DNA of 64,000 nt from Candidatus Latescibacterota bacterium (GCA_965207885.1 OZ242311.1:3680001-3744000); one strand, 5' to 3'. Shown: positions 21,322 through 30,749, counted from the stretch's first letter. A program made the numbers and translations. Notes: generated by a model not told the origin, from the sequence alone.

Positions 21322-22241
21322 TCGGCTACCTCCTGTATCACAGAAGGTGTAATCAGAATGCTCACAATGTCGCGCACGCCATCCATCGCCTCGTGCGCCA
21401 TGTAATCACGCGGTGCAAATTTGGCAAACTTGACCCGATCTGCTTCATTCAAAAAATCTTCTATAGCCATCACCAATTGATCGTCAAATGCTTGGGCGCG
21501 CAAATCCCGCCCAATCTCAAACGTCGTGCGCTCCACTGCATGTACGGGGGTTTTGGCTTCCAAACACCGTCTCAAAACAGCCGACAATAAAGAATAATAC
21601 TGCCGGTAATTTTCCCGCTCTATCAGCCCCAACTGCCCCACCCTGTCCAATTCCTCTAACCAGTTGATAGGCGGCGGTGGCAACTCGACTTCCGGGCGAT
21701 GCCTGCGTCGATAAATATACCAGACCAATCCTGCAAGCAATAGAATCAACCCACCAACCGCCAGCCAAAACCACGCGGGGATCTGTGCTACAATAACCCA
21801 GGGAGGCTTCACATCGCGAATATCCGTTGTGCCTTCTGGCCTGACACTCTGCACCAGCACATCAATGGGTTGCGACGTGATCTTTCCAGAATCGCCCTCT
21901 GCATTGACAAAATGCACGGAAACAGGTGGCACGCGGAACGCGCCCACCTGATAAATCGCCAGCACGAGGTCTTGCGTTTCCCGCACCCGTCCATTTTCGA
22001 GTTGCTCTGTTTCAACCCCGCCCGTGTGCCGGATTTCAAATGGCTGGGGAAAAATTTTTCCATAAGCAATTTCCGCCTTATCATCAGCCCCGCGATGGAC
22101 GCGCAGACGCAAAACAAAAGGGTCGCCAATTGTAATGGTATCGCGGTCAACCCCCGTCAAAAATTCTACCGCTGCATCGGTCGGAACTGTATGTGTCCCG
22201 AACCAAACTATGACAAAAAAGAAAAAATAAATTTTACGCAT
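21318..22241 (-). CDS. Bat-operon-associated exported/membrane protein (BatD/DUF4381-like)
   Basis: Signal peptide, VDRDTITIGD, DIRDVKPP, TM, ERTTFEI, ADRVKFAKF; 4-nt overlap with batA. Confidence 0.7.
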   Translation of the reverse strand: MRKIYFFFFVIVWFGTHTVPTDAAVEFLTGVDRDTITIGDPFVLRLRVHRGADDKAEIAYGKIFPQPFEIRHTGGVETEQLENGRVRETQDLVLAIYQVGAFRVPPVSVHFVNAEGDSGKITSQPIDVLVQSVRPEGTTDIRDVKPPWVIVAQIPAWFWLAVGGLILLLAGLVWYIYRRRHRPEVELPPPPINWLEELDRVGQLGLIERENYRQYYSLLSAVLRRCLEAKTPVHAVERTTFEIGRDLRAQAFDDQLVMAIEDFLNEADRVKFAKFAPRDYMAHEAMDGVRDIVSILITPSVIQEVAE

Positions 22242-22242
22242 G

Positions 22243-22286
22243 ACGAATCTGCGAATCTGCGAATCTGCGAATCTACGAATCTGCGA
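22243..22286 (+). repeat. Octamer tandem repeat (RCGAATCT) x5.5
   Basis: acgaatct gcgaatct gcgaatct gcgaatct acgaatct gcga, ending 2 nt from the ATG at 22241. Confidence 0.95.
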
Positions 22287-22321
22287 CGGAGTTTGTAACA
22301 ACTTTGGGAGGTTGGGAGGAG

Positions 22322-22345
22322 TTCGTCTATTCGTCTATTCGTCCA
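22322..22345 (+). repeat. Octamer tandem repeat (TTCGTCTA) x3, inverted relative to the 22243 array
   Basis: ttcgtcta ttcgtcta ttcgtcca; contains the stop codon of the DUF4340 gene; ACGAAT/ATTCGT is complementary to the other array. Confidence 0.85.
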
Positions 22346-23675
22346 GTTGCAACCACGACATCACCGAATACGGCAACACAACCACCTCACGGCGCGTTTT
22401 GGCAGTGCCATACCAAAAATTGTTGGCATGCCCGATGATCAGCTCTTGCACCAGTGTTTCGCTCCGCCACAGAGAAACAGTCAACACGGGATCATCCAAA
22501 CTATCTGCGGCAGACTTATCCACTCGATCGGGAAACTCGGCAACGACCAGATTGTGAACGCGATCGATCAAATCTTCAACGTCGGCGTCCCCTTTGACAA
22601 CGCGCCCATCCCCCATCACCATCTGCCACGAGCCATCGTCATTCTTTGCGCAATTCACCACGCTGTCTCGATATGCCAACCGCACGCGATCAACACCTGT
22701 GCGATCAAACTCAAAAACGCGCTTGTAACGCAACTGGTTCAATGGAATGTCCAGAGATTCTGCGATCAATTGTTCGACGATAAACACCTGTGGCCGACTC
22801 ATTACACGCCCATACCACAGTTTCTGCCGACTATCGGGAACGCGCTTGCCCAACAACAGTGTATTGGACATTTCATTGTCTTTTACATGCAACTCGACTT
22901 TGTAATCCGGATCGTCGAACCCGTAAATTGTGGGATCATCCACCGCCTCTTTGTGAAAAGATGCAACGCGCTCATCTTTCAACTGTCCCAACAATGTCAA
23001 AATCTCGCGCGCATCAGCTCGCTCTTTTATCGGCTGAACGAGATGCCACTCCAACCCATCCCGCACGACCTCATAGACGCCTCCAGGCGTTTGGAAATAC
23101 GCTCGCGAGACCAGATCGGGATCAAAGGAAAACGCCCGCGTATCGCGCAATGCCATCAGCGGACGATTAAACCGCGCGCGATATTGTTTTTTTGTCAACA
23201 CGACCTTGTTTCCGCCCGACCATGTAAAATAGCACCCCAGCTTGGAGGGAATATCATTGCCAAAAAACAACCACATGGGATCGCCCGATACCGGTTCAAA
23301 TCGCACCTCAACCACGGGCGGATCCAGCCCAAAATCGGCGAGAACAACCCCTGCGTAATCGCCTTCATCAACCACAACCCGACCGCGTTCAACAATCTGT
23401 GCGATCTCAATCATACCCTCAAACTCTATCCAATCTGCAGGCACTTCCAGCGGCGCAATTAGCGCCCACTCATTGCCGCGCTTCTCAGCGACAAAGTGCC
23501 CGTATTCATTGGTCAATGTCAACCGCGCAACGCGATGCCGCTGAACTTCAATAAACGCATTTTTCGCCTCACTCTCGCGTTGTTCCTCTGCCATGCGAGG
23601 ACGTTCATATAAAAAGACAAACCCCACCAGACCCAAAAGCAAAACCGCCAAAATCGCTGTCGCCTTAATACCCAC
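22335..23675 (-). CDS. DUF4340 domain-containing protein (repeated domains)
   Basis: N-terminal TM; repeated W.L..P....AD and YG.D.P motifs; directly downstream of the GldG-like gene. Confidence 0.75.
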   Translation of the reverse strand: MGIKATAILAVLLLGLVGFVFLYERPRMAEEQRESEAKNAFIEVQRHRVARLTLTNEYGHFVAEKRGNEWALIAPLEVPADWIEFEGMIEIAQIVERGRVVVDEGDYAGVVLADFGLDPPVVEVRFEPVSGDPMWLFFGNDIPSKLGCYFTWSGGNKVVLTKKQYRARFNRPLMALRDTRAFSFDPDLVSRAYFQTPGGVYEVVRDGLEWHLVQPIKERADAREILTLLGQLKDERVASFHKEAVDDPTIYGFDDPDYKVELHVKDNEMSNTLLLGKRVPDSRQKLWYGRVMSRPQVFIVEQLIAESLDIPLNQLRYKRVFEFDRTGVDRVRLAYRDSVVNCAKNDDGSWQMVMGDGRVVKGDADVEDLIDRVHNLVVAEFPDRVDKSAADSLDDPVLTVSLWRSETLVQELIIGHANNFWYGTAKTRREVVVLPYSVMSWLQLDE

Positions 23676-23711
23676 AATTTTTTCCTCAGTAGCCAGTTAC
23701 CAGTACACTTT

Positions 23712-25100
23712 TCAACGCCTGCGCCACCAGACCAGCACCCCCGCGACAATCGGGACGCCTGGCAACACCAGCCAATACACCCACCGAATCCAAAATTCAT
23801 CGCCCGGATTCAATGTCAGCGGGCGAAAAAGCGTGCTTTTGGGCCGAATCGTAATTTTATCGCGCGCCCTGAGCAACCAATTCGCTGCATTCATAAACAA
23901 ATCGCCATTGCCCGCCACTTCCACAAAGCGATTGCTCGCAAAATCCGAATCGCCAAATACCACAATCCGCGCCCGCGCGCCACGCCGATCATCCCCCGCT
24001 TTTGCAGCAATAGTGGTCGGGCCTTCCACGACCATCGCGAGCCACAACGGCCCCGGTCGGTCAGCCCCCGATGTGTATTGCACCGCTTCTTTGTCTTTAG
24101 CGGAAACAGCATCCAAATTGGTCTCACTCCAACTGTTCGGCGAAGACAGCACCAGCGAAGAAACATCAGCACCAGGCAAAGATCCCACGCGTTCCATCGA
24201 GCGCGTCAGCGGATAAAACGTCTGCAATCCCGAATGCTTATCCGTAATGGGATGTTTGCTATAATGTGTCGTCACGGGAACCGAAAAATCAGCCCCCGGC
24301 AGCACCTGGCTTTTATCGACCACAAAATCATTTCGCAGACCAATAGACCACTTTCGCAACAGCGGCACAAGCCCCGTATCGATGAGAGGATCCAACAAAA
24401 AGAACGCCGCCCCACCCTGATTGAGATACGTCGCTACAATATCGATCTCTGCTGGCAAAAACGGACGTTTTGGCCCCGCGACAATCAGCGCGTCACAATC
24501 TTTTGGCACGCGCTGTGATTGCGCCAGCACCAGGGATGGACGTACATCGTGGTTGCCTTCGATGAGCAACTGCTTGATCCTGGAAAATCCCTGCTCCGAT
24601 TGATCGTCGGGATGCGCCTCACCGTGCCCCCCCACAAAATAGACCACCTGCCGCTCTTCACTCATCAAACGCGCAATGCCGTTGGTCAGCACCTTTTCAG
24701 ACGTTTCCCGAATCCGCTCTTCCCGATTGCCGTATTCGATCACCGAAACACCATACCGCGTCACAGTATATCGCCTGGCCTCAATCGGTTCTCGATCGGG
24801 ATCGACAAACCGGTACGCAAAACGTCTCGAATGATAGGCGTACTGTTTGAGCAAATGCTCGTAATCGCGCTGCTCTGCCTCTCGGAAAAACGCCACAACA
24901 TTGACATCCTCAGACAAATTTTCCAAAAGAGAAATCGTTTGGGGCGATAGCGTATAAAGACCGCGAGCCGTCAGGTCAAAGCGCGCGTGATACCGCGTGG
25001 TCAAAAAATTAACCACCGCCAGAATTCCCACCGTGATCAACACTGCCACAAGGGCATTAGACCCGTATTTCAATAGTCGATGTGATAAAAATTTGGGCAT
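23712..25100 (-). CDS. GldG-family ABC transporter auxiliary component
   Basis: RFDLT....YTLSPQT, VDPDREP, VYFVGGHGE, LIVAGPKRP, RIVVFGDSDFASN, NGDLFMNAANWL, C-terminal TM + WWRRR. Confidence 0.85.
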   Translation of the reverse strand: MPKFLSHRLLKYGSNALVAVLITVGILAVVNFLTTRYHARFDLTARGLYTLSPQTISLLENLSEDVNVVAFFREAEQRDYEHLLKQYAYHSRRFAYRFVDPDREPIEARRYTVTRYGVSVIEYGNREERIRETSEKVLTNGIARLMSEERQVVYFVGGHGEAHPDDQSEQGFSRIKQLLIEGNHDVRPSLVLAQSQRVPKDCDALIVAGPKRPFLPAEIDIVATYLNQGGAAFFLLDPLIDTGLVPLLRKWSIGLRNDFVVDKSQVLPGADFSVPVTTHYSKHPITDKHSGLQTFYPLTRSMERVGSLPGADVSSLVLSSPNSWSETNLDAVSAKDKEAVQYTSGADRPGPLWLAMVVEGPTTIAAKAGDDRRGARARIVVFGDSDFASNRFVEVAGNGDLFMNAANWLLRARDKITIRPKSTLFRPLTLNPGDEFWIRWVYWLVLPGVPIVAGVLVWWRRR

Positions 25101-25110
25101 AAATCTATCT

Positions 25111-26232
25111 CTATTTCTCACCCGAGTAATGGCGCACGGCATCCCAATCGAGTTCTATACCGAGACCCGGCGCAGTGGGAATAGTGAGCAATCCGTCTTC
25201 ATCGAGTGAAAACGGCGTAGTGACAATATCTTCGATATAAGGCGATGGGGTAATATATTCGACCCAGCGCGCAATGGGATGTGCGGCAGACAGATGGAGA
25301 TCTGCGAGGAGGCCAATAGCGGTGTTCCAGCCGTGTGTGACGACCAGAACATTGTGGTCATACGCATACCATATCAGGCGTCGCACTTCAGAAATACCCC
25401 CCACTTTCGTGACATCGGGCTGAATGATATCATACGCGCCACGTTCAATCCACGGCATGAAACTCTGGCGGCGAGTAAAAACTTCTCCACCGGCAATGCG
25501 GACAGGTGAAAATTCTCGCAATTTGATGTGGCCTTCAATATCGTCGGGCGGGAGGGCTTCTTCAAACCAGGTGATATCGTAATCGCCGAGCATGCGAGCG
25601 GTTTCAATCGCCCATTTGTAATTGTGAGGCCAAAAGGCATCGCTGCCGCCCGCATCGACCATGAGTTCCACATCGGGGCCACAGGTGTCTCGGGCGATTT
25701 TGACGAGGCGTTCATCCATATGGCGGTCAACGCGCCCAAAAGCACCCCAGCCGAGTTTGAGCGCCCTGAAACCGCGGTCGAGCGCGTCTTGCAAAGTATC
25801 GGAAAATGTTTCGGGATCTTCAAAGAGAATCGAGCCGTAGGGTTTTATTTTTTTGCGATAATATCCTCCGAGCAAACGCCCAACGGGCTGCCCAGCCACT
25901 TTGCCCAAAATATCCCATAGCGCGATATCAACACCGCTAATCGCATGTGTAACAGCACCTCCCCGTCCCTGCCAGAAGGTCATCTGGTGAAGTTTTTCAG
26001 ATACGCGCTCGGGTTCCAGCGCGTTCTCCCCAATGATATTGGGGCGCAACAACCCCATCGCCCCATCGACCAGGGCTTTGCTGGTAAAAACACTTCCAAT
26101 GCCGCTCACACCTTCATCCGTCTGAACCTCGACCAGCGTGTGCATATTTTCATCCGGTCCTGGCTCGACTGTCCAGCCCGTCATAGGCGTTTCTCCAAAA
26201 AGCGGAATCGTGCGAACATCGGTGATATTCAT
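25111..26232 (-). CDS. Mandelate racemase/muconate-lactonizing (enolase superfamily) enzyme, possible acid-sugar dehydratase
   Basis: SGVDIALWDILGK, metal ligands MVDAG / FEE / GGE, QPDVTK, HGW; ATGA overlap with ackA stop. Confidence 0.85.
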   Translation of the reverse strand: MNITDVRTIPLFGETPMTGWTVEPGPDENMHTLVEVQTDEGVSGIGSVFTSKALVDGAMGLLRPNIIGENALEPERVSEKLHQMTFWQGRGGAVTHAISGVDIALWDILGKVAGQPVGRLLGGYYRKKIKPYGSILFEDPETFSDTLQDALDRGFRALKLGWGAFGRVDRHMDERLVKIARDTCGPDVELMVDAGGSDAFWPHNYKWAIETARMLGDYDITWFEEALPPDDIEGHIKLREFSPVRIAGGEVFTRRQSFMPWIERGAYDIIQPDVTKVGGISEVRRLIWYAYDHNVLVVTHGWNTAIGLLADLHLSAAHPIARWVEYITPSPYIEDIVTTPFSLDEDGLLTIPTAPGLGIELDWDAVRHYSGEK

Positions 26233-27419
26233 CCGTACTCCTTCAAGTATTCGGCTACTGCGCGTGCGACAATACATTCTTCGTCAGTCTGGACAATCAA
26301 AACCGCAACCTCGCTATTAGATGTCGAGATCAGCCCGTCTGCGGGAGGATTGGCATTTGCGACCTCGTCGAGGTGAACGCCCAGGTATTCGAGACCCGTG
26401 CAGACGCGCCAGCGCACATTTGCCCCGCGTTCTCCAATGCCCCCGGCAAAAGCAATCGCATCCAGACCGCCCAGTGCGGCAGAGCAAGCGCCGATTTCTC
26501 TTTTGATCCCATAACAAAATGCCTCCAGAGCAAGGCGTGCGCGCGCTTGCCCCTTTTGAGCGGCTTCTTCGAGATCGCGCACATCGCCGCTAATACCCGA
26601 AATGCCGAGCAAACCACTTTCCTCTGACAGAATGCGGCTCATCTCGCTTGTCGATAAATTTTCTCGGTCCATTATATAGGGAATAATGAAGGGATCAATA
26701 GTTCCAATACGCGTGCTATTAATGATGCCTGTTTGGGGCGAGAAGCCCATTGAGGTATCTATAGATTGACCGTTGCGAACCGCGCACAAAGAGGCACTCC
26801 CGCCGAGATGGCAGGATACCATGCGGAGATCCTCGCGGTTGAGTATTTGCGCCGTGCGTTGCGAAACGTAGCGATGGGACGCGCCGTGGAAGCCGTATTT
26901 GCGAACCCCGTATTTTTCATACCAGTCGTAGGGGACGCTGTAGATATAGGCATAATCGGGTATGTTGACGTGGAAGGCAGCTTCAAAAAGTCCAATCAGG
27001 GGCAGGTTGGGAGCACATTGCTCGAAAATGCGAATCGCCTGGATATAGGGCGGGTTATGGGCAGGCGCGAGGCTATTGTAGTCCGCCATGCGCTGCAAAA
27101 CATCTTCAGTGAGAAGATAAGTACCCGCTTTCCCGCGCATGTGAACGGTTTTGAATCCAACGGCATCAAGGTCAGACAAATCGGAGAGTACACCGGTGCG
27201 CGCATCTGTCAGACGCGCAATAACATCGCGGACAGCGGATGGATAATCCAGCAAGTGTTGTTCGGTTTCAACAGCGTATTCGCCAATCTGATGGGCAACG
27301 GGTGAAGACGGATCGCCGATGCGTTCGAGACGACCTTCGGCGAGCACCGCTTCATCGGTCATGTCAAACAGGCGATATTTGAATGAAGTAGAGCCTGCGT
27401 TTGCAATGAGGATTTTCAT
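26229..27419 (-). CDS. ackA: Acetate/propionate-family kinase (BMC-associated variant)
   Basis: MKILIANAGSTSFKY, LAPAHNP, KYGFHGASH, CHLGGSAS, DTSMGFSP, SGLLGISG, FAGGIGE, TDEE. Confidence 0.9.
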   Translation of the reverse strand: MKILIANAGSTSFKYRLFDMTDEAVLAEGRLERIGDPSSPVAHQIGEYAVETEQHLLDYPSAVRDVIARLTDARTGVLSDLSDLDAVGFKTVHMRGKAGTYLLTEDVLQRMADYNSLAPAHNPPYIQAIRIFEQCAPNLPLIGLFEAAFHVNIPDYAYIYSVPYDWYEKYGVRKYGFHGASHRYVSQRTAQILNREDLRMVSCHLGGSASLCAVRNGQSIDTSMGFSPQTGIINSTRIGTIDPFIIPYIMDRENLSTSEMSRILSEESGLLGISGISGDVRDLEEAAQKGQARARLALEAFCYGIKREIGACSAALGGLDAIAFAGGIGERGANVRWRVCTGLEYLGVHLDEVANANPPADGLISTSNSEVAVLIVQTDEECIVARAVAEYLKEYG

Positions 27420-28639
27420 GGTGTGACTGTTTCAAGCCTCTGCAGGGGTTTATCGGCAATGGGCAAATGAACGAGCGATGAAGTCACAGCCAAGAGAATC
27501 GCGGCAATCCAAATCATATCGTAAGACCCCGTTGCATCATACACGCGCCCGGCCAGCCACACGCCCAAAAAACTGCCGATCTGATGACTGAAAAAAACAA
27601 TGCCATACAGCGTGGAAAGATAGCGCGAACCAAATATCTGCGCGACAGTGCCACTGGTTAGCGGAACGGTTGCAAGCCATAAGAACCCGATTGCGCTGCC
27701 AAACACAAGCGCAGACGTATTTGTAACGGGTATGAACAGGAATCCGCTAATGACAATGGCGCGACCAAAATAAAGCAAACTCAAGAGATATTTTTTTCGA
27801 TATCGGTCGCCGAGTTGCCCCGAAAGATAAGATCCAAAAATGTTAAAAAGGCCTATCAGGGATAACGCCGTTGCACCGACCATCTTTGAAAGACCGTGAT
27901 CAGTCAGAAAAGAGGGCAGATGCGTGGCGATAAATGCCACGTGAAAACCGCACACAAAAAATCCCGCATTGAGCAACCAGTATCCCGAATGACCTCGCGC
28001 TTGAAGCAGTGCTTGAAGCAGACTGCCATCATGGGATTCAACGGTATTTGGAGACACCTCGCGCCCGCGATGTGGAATCCCAATAGCGAGCAAGGCACTC
28101 GCGCCCGCGATCAGGGCAATAAAAGCGAATGAAGATTGCCAGCCCAAATCAGAAAGAAGCCATTGAACACCCGGCACAATTGCAAACGTCCCGAAAGAAC
28201 CCGCAGCAGTAATAAGCCCAAAAAACGAGGCGCGTTTTTCAGGTGCAACAACCTGAGCGACCGCACCGAGGACCACCACATAGGAAATGCTGCTGAGTGC
28301 GATGCCCATAAGTACGCCGAGCACGGTGTACAGACCAAGAGGCGTACCGACAGAAGACAAAAGAAAAAAACAGACTGCATAGAGCAACGCGCCGACAGCA
28401 ACAACCCATCGCGGCCCAAAATGATCTGCTAAAATGCCCACTACGGGCAAACCAAAAATGAGATTTTGCCAGGCAATGGCCAGGCTAAAGACTTCGCGTC
28501 CAATGCCGAGATCCTGGCTGATCGGTGATAAAAAAAGGCCAAAGGATTGGCGAATGCCCATGCTGACAAACACAATCAGGGCACTACAAAATATGACAAT
28601 AGCCGCTTTGCGATTGGGCACTTTCCGATCCCACCTCAT
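27416..28639 (-). CDS. MFS transporter
   Basis: ~12 TM helices, GILADHFGPR and GQLGDRYRKK MFS motifs; ATGA overlaps on both sides. Confidence 0.9.
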   Translation of the reverse strand: MRWDRKVPNRKAAIVIFCSALIVFVSMGIRQSFGLFLSPISQDLGIGREVFSLAIAWQNLIFGLPVVGILADHFGPRWVVAVGALLYAVCFFLLSSVGTPLGLYTVLGVLMGIALSSISYVVVLGAVAQVVAPEKRASFFGLITAAGSFGTFAIVPGVQWLLSDLGWQSSFAFIALIAGASALLAIGIPHRGREVSPNTVESHDGSLLQALLQARGHSGYWLLNAGFFVCGFHVAFIATHLPSFLTDHGLSKMVGATALSLIGLFNIFGSYLSGQLGDRYRKKYLLSLLYFGRAIVISGFLFIPVTNTSALVFGSAIGFLWLATVPLTSGTVAQIFGSRYLSTLYGIVFFSHQIGSFLGVWLAGRVYDATGSYDMIWIAAILLAVTSSLVHLPIADKPLQRLETVTP

Positions 28640-29928
28640 CCTTGAACTACTGTCCCATATTCATTGGGAATTGGTCCGTCGTATTCCCAGGTTTCCCAGG
28701 GCGTATCTCGGTGCGATTCCCGAACAATGGTTCGAATTTCTGAAACAATATCTGGATATTCAGTTGCGAGATCATTTTGTTCGCCGATATCCGCTGCCAA
28801 ATCGTAGAGTTCAACAATACCTTCGGGATTTGTATGACCCTCGGGTAAATACGCCTTCCAATCGCCCATGCGAACAGCACTAACCCCGCGCCGCTCCCAG
28901 TAGAGAAATTCGTGAGCTTGTTGGGTATCGCGGTCCAGGAGCGCAGGCAACATAGAAATGCCATCAACCGGTTCCGGGATGGACGTATCAGCCAATTCGC
29001 AGAACGTGGGCAACATATCCTGAAAACCCGAATAATGTGCGCTCACAGTACCGGGTTGAATCGTTCCCGGCCACCGGGCGACAAAGGGCACGCGGATACC
29101 ACCTTCATAGAGGCTCCCCTTTTTTGCGCGAAGTGGTCCAGCAGCGTTGAAATGTCCAAGCGTATTGCCACTGCCGTGGGGACCGTTGTCGCTCGTGAAG
29201 ATAACAAGCGTATTTTCGGCAATTCCGAGCGCGTCAAGCATATCCAAAAGCGTGCCAATATCGCGGTCCATGCGCGTAATCATAGCAGCCTGCGTTTTCT
29301 GATTTTCTGTCCAGGGCTTGTCTTTGTAAATATCGAGAGATGGAATTTCGAATCTGGTGTGTGGAATCGTATAGGCCAAATAAAGGAAAAAGGGATTGGA
29401 TTGCTGCTCACGCACAAATTGCAAAGCCTCAGCTGTGAGCAGATCGTGTGAATACGATTTGCCGTAGAGCATAATCTTCTGATCGTTGCGCCAGAGGTGC
29501 TGAGGATAATACGTGTGGGCTTCGCGCTGGCAATTATACCCAAAAAAGTGATCAAACCCCTGATTGTTGGGATCGCCTTCCGATCCCGGATACCCCAATC
29601 CCCATTTGCCAATACAAGCAGTGGCATAACCGCCCTTTTTGAGCAATTTGGCAACCGTCTGTGTCTCCCCGGGAATGGGCACATTGCCCTCAATGGACAA
29701 AGCGCGATTGTCCCGCACATAACAATGCCCCGTATGCAGACCCGTCATAAGCACACACCGCGAAGGCGCGCACACCGAAGACCCGGCATAGTGATCCGTA
29801 AACCGAATACCCTCTGCTGCGATGCGGTCAATATTGGGCGTATAAATAAACTCCTGTCCAAAACAACCCAGATCGCCATAGCCGAGATCGTCCGAGAGGA
29901 TGTATATAATATTGGGCATTGCTTTCAT
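28636..29928 (-). CDS. Arylsulfatase (Cys-type, formylglycine-dependent S1), no signal peptide
   Basis: PNIIYILSDDLGYGD, CAPSRCVLMTG (CxPxR), GYATACIGKWGL, FTSDNG, KGSLYEGGIRVP, ELYDL..DIGE. Confidence 0.95.
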   Translation of the reverse strand: MKAMPNIIYILSDDLGYGDLGCFGQEFIYTPNIDRIAAEGIRFTDHYAGSSVCAPSRCVLMTGLHTGHCYVRDNRALSIEGNVPIPGETQTVAKLLKKGGYATACIGKWGLGYPGSEGDPNNQGFDHFFGYNCQREAHTYYPQHLWRNDQKIMLYGKSYSHDLLTAEALQFVREQQSNPFFLYLAYTIPHTRFEIPSLDIYKDKPWTENQKTQAAMITRMDRDIGTLLDMLDALGIAENTLVIFTSDNGPHGSGNTLGHFNAAGPLRAKKGSLYEGGIRVPFVARWPGTIQPGTVSAHYSGFQDMLPTFCELADTSIPEPVDGISMLPALLDRDTQQAHEFLYWERRGVSAVRMGDWKAYLPEGHTNPEGIVELYDLAADIGEQNDLATEYPDIVSEIRTIVRESHRDTPWETWEYDGPIPNEYGTVVQG

Positions 29929-30749
29929 TATTTTAACTCTTCCATAACTCTGCGAGTAATTTCCGCGATGAGATCGTCCTGGGAAGTTTGGGCAGGAGGT
30001 GTACCGCCAGCGCTCAACGTGCGAATCGTGGGAATGCCGCCATTGGTCTCAGGTTGCGTTGTGGGTGCATCGGGGATATCACACGCTGGATCGGGGCCGC
30101 GAAGGCCCATGCGGTTTCGAATCGCGACCAGTTTTTCCACCTGTTCCGCATTGAGTTCGTTATACCCGCCGAGTTGTTGTGCCACAAAAAGTATTTTCGC
30201 AAAATGCTCCAGCGTTTCCATCTTGTAATAGGAATTCATCACATCGGCACCGATCGTAGTCGCACCGTGATTTTCGAGCAAATAGGCGTCGTAATCTTTG
30301 ACGTATTGCCTGATCGGTTCAGATATCTCTGGTCCTCCCGGCGTACCGTATTCCACAATAGGTATAGCGCCGAGAGTGATAATCACCTCGGGCAAAACAC
30401 ACATAGTAAGGGGAACGCCAGCCACCGCAAAACCCGTAGCCGTTGGCGGATGCGCGTGTACCACAGCGCGCACATCGGGACGCTCGCGATAGAGAAAAAT
30501 GTGCATCCCAATTTCCGACGAAGGCCGCTTTTGCCCACTCACAAGCGTGCCATCCATGTCAGTAATACAGAGATCTTCGATCTTGAGAAATCCCTTGGAC
30601 ATCCCCGTTGGCGTAGTGAGAATGCGGTCTTCTTCAATCCGGCAGGAAATATTGCCATCGTTAGAAGCGACAAAGCCGCGTTCGTACACGCGACGTCCAG
30701 CTTCAACAATATCGAGTTTGGCTTGATGGAGATTCATTTTATATCTCAC
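29928..30749 (-). CDS. Class II aldolase/adducin-family (FucA/RhaD-like) with C-terminal encapsulation peptide
   Basis: DGNIS, PSSE, HAHP, LLENHG Zn ligands; Pro/Thr linker then QDDLIAEITRRVMEELK; start GTG 30749 or ATG 30737. Confidence 0.9.
   Translation of the reverse strand: MRYKMNLHQAKLDIVEAGRRVYERGFVASNDGNISCRIEEDRILTTPTGMSKGFLKIEDLCITDMDGTLVSGQKRPSSEIGMHIFLYRERPDVRAVVHAHPPTATGFAVAGVPLTMCVLPEVIITLGAIPIVEYGTPGGPEISEPIRQYVKDYDAYLLENHGATTIGADVMNSYYKMETLEHFAKILFVAQQLGGYNELNAEQVEKLVAIRNRMGLRGPDPACDIPDAPTTQPETNGGIPTIRTLSAGGTPPAQTSQDDLIAEITRRVMEELK

Noticed and set aside
22243-22345. Possible CRISPR array
   Set aside because: 8-nt units with no spacers and no cas genes; a simple tandem repeat.
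28636-30749. Sulfoquinovose (sulfoglycolysis) pathway
   Set aside because: Sulfatases cleave sulfate esters, not C-S sulfonates, and no sulfoquinovosidase or sulfofructose enzymes are recognisable.
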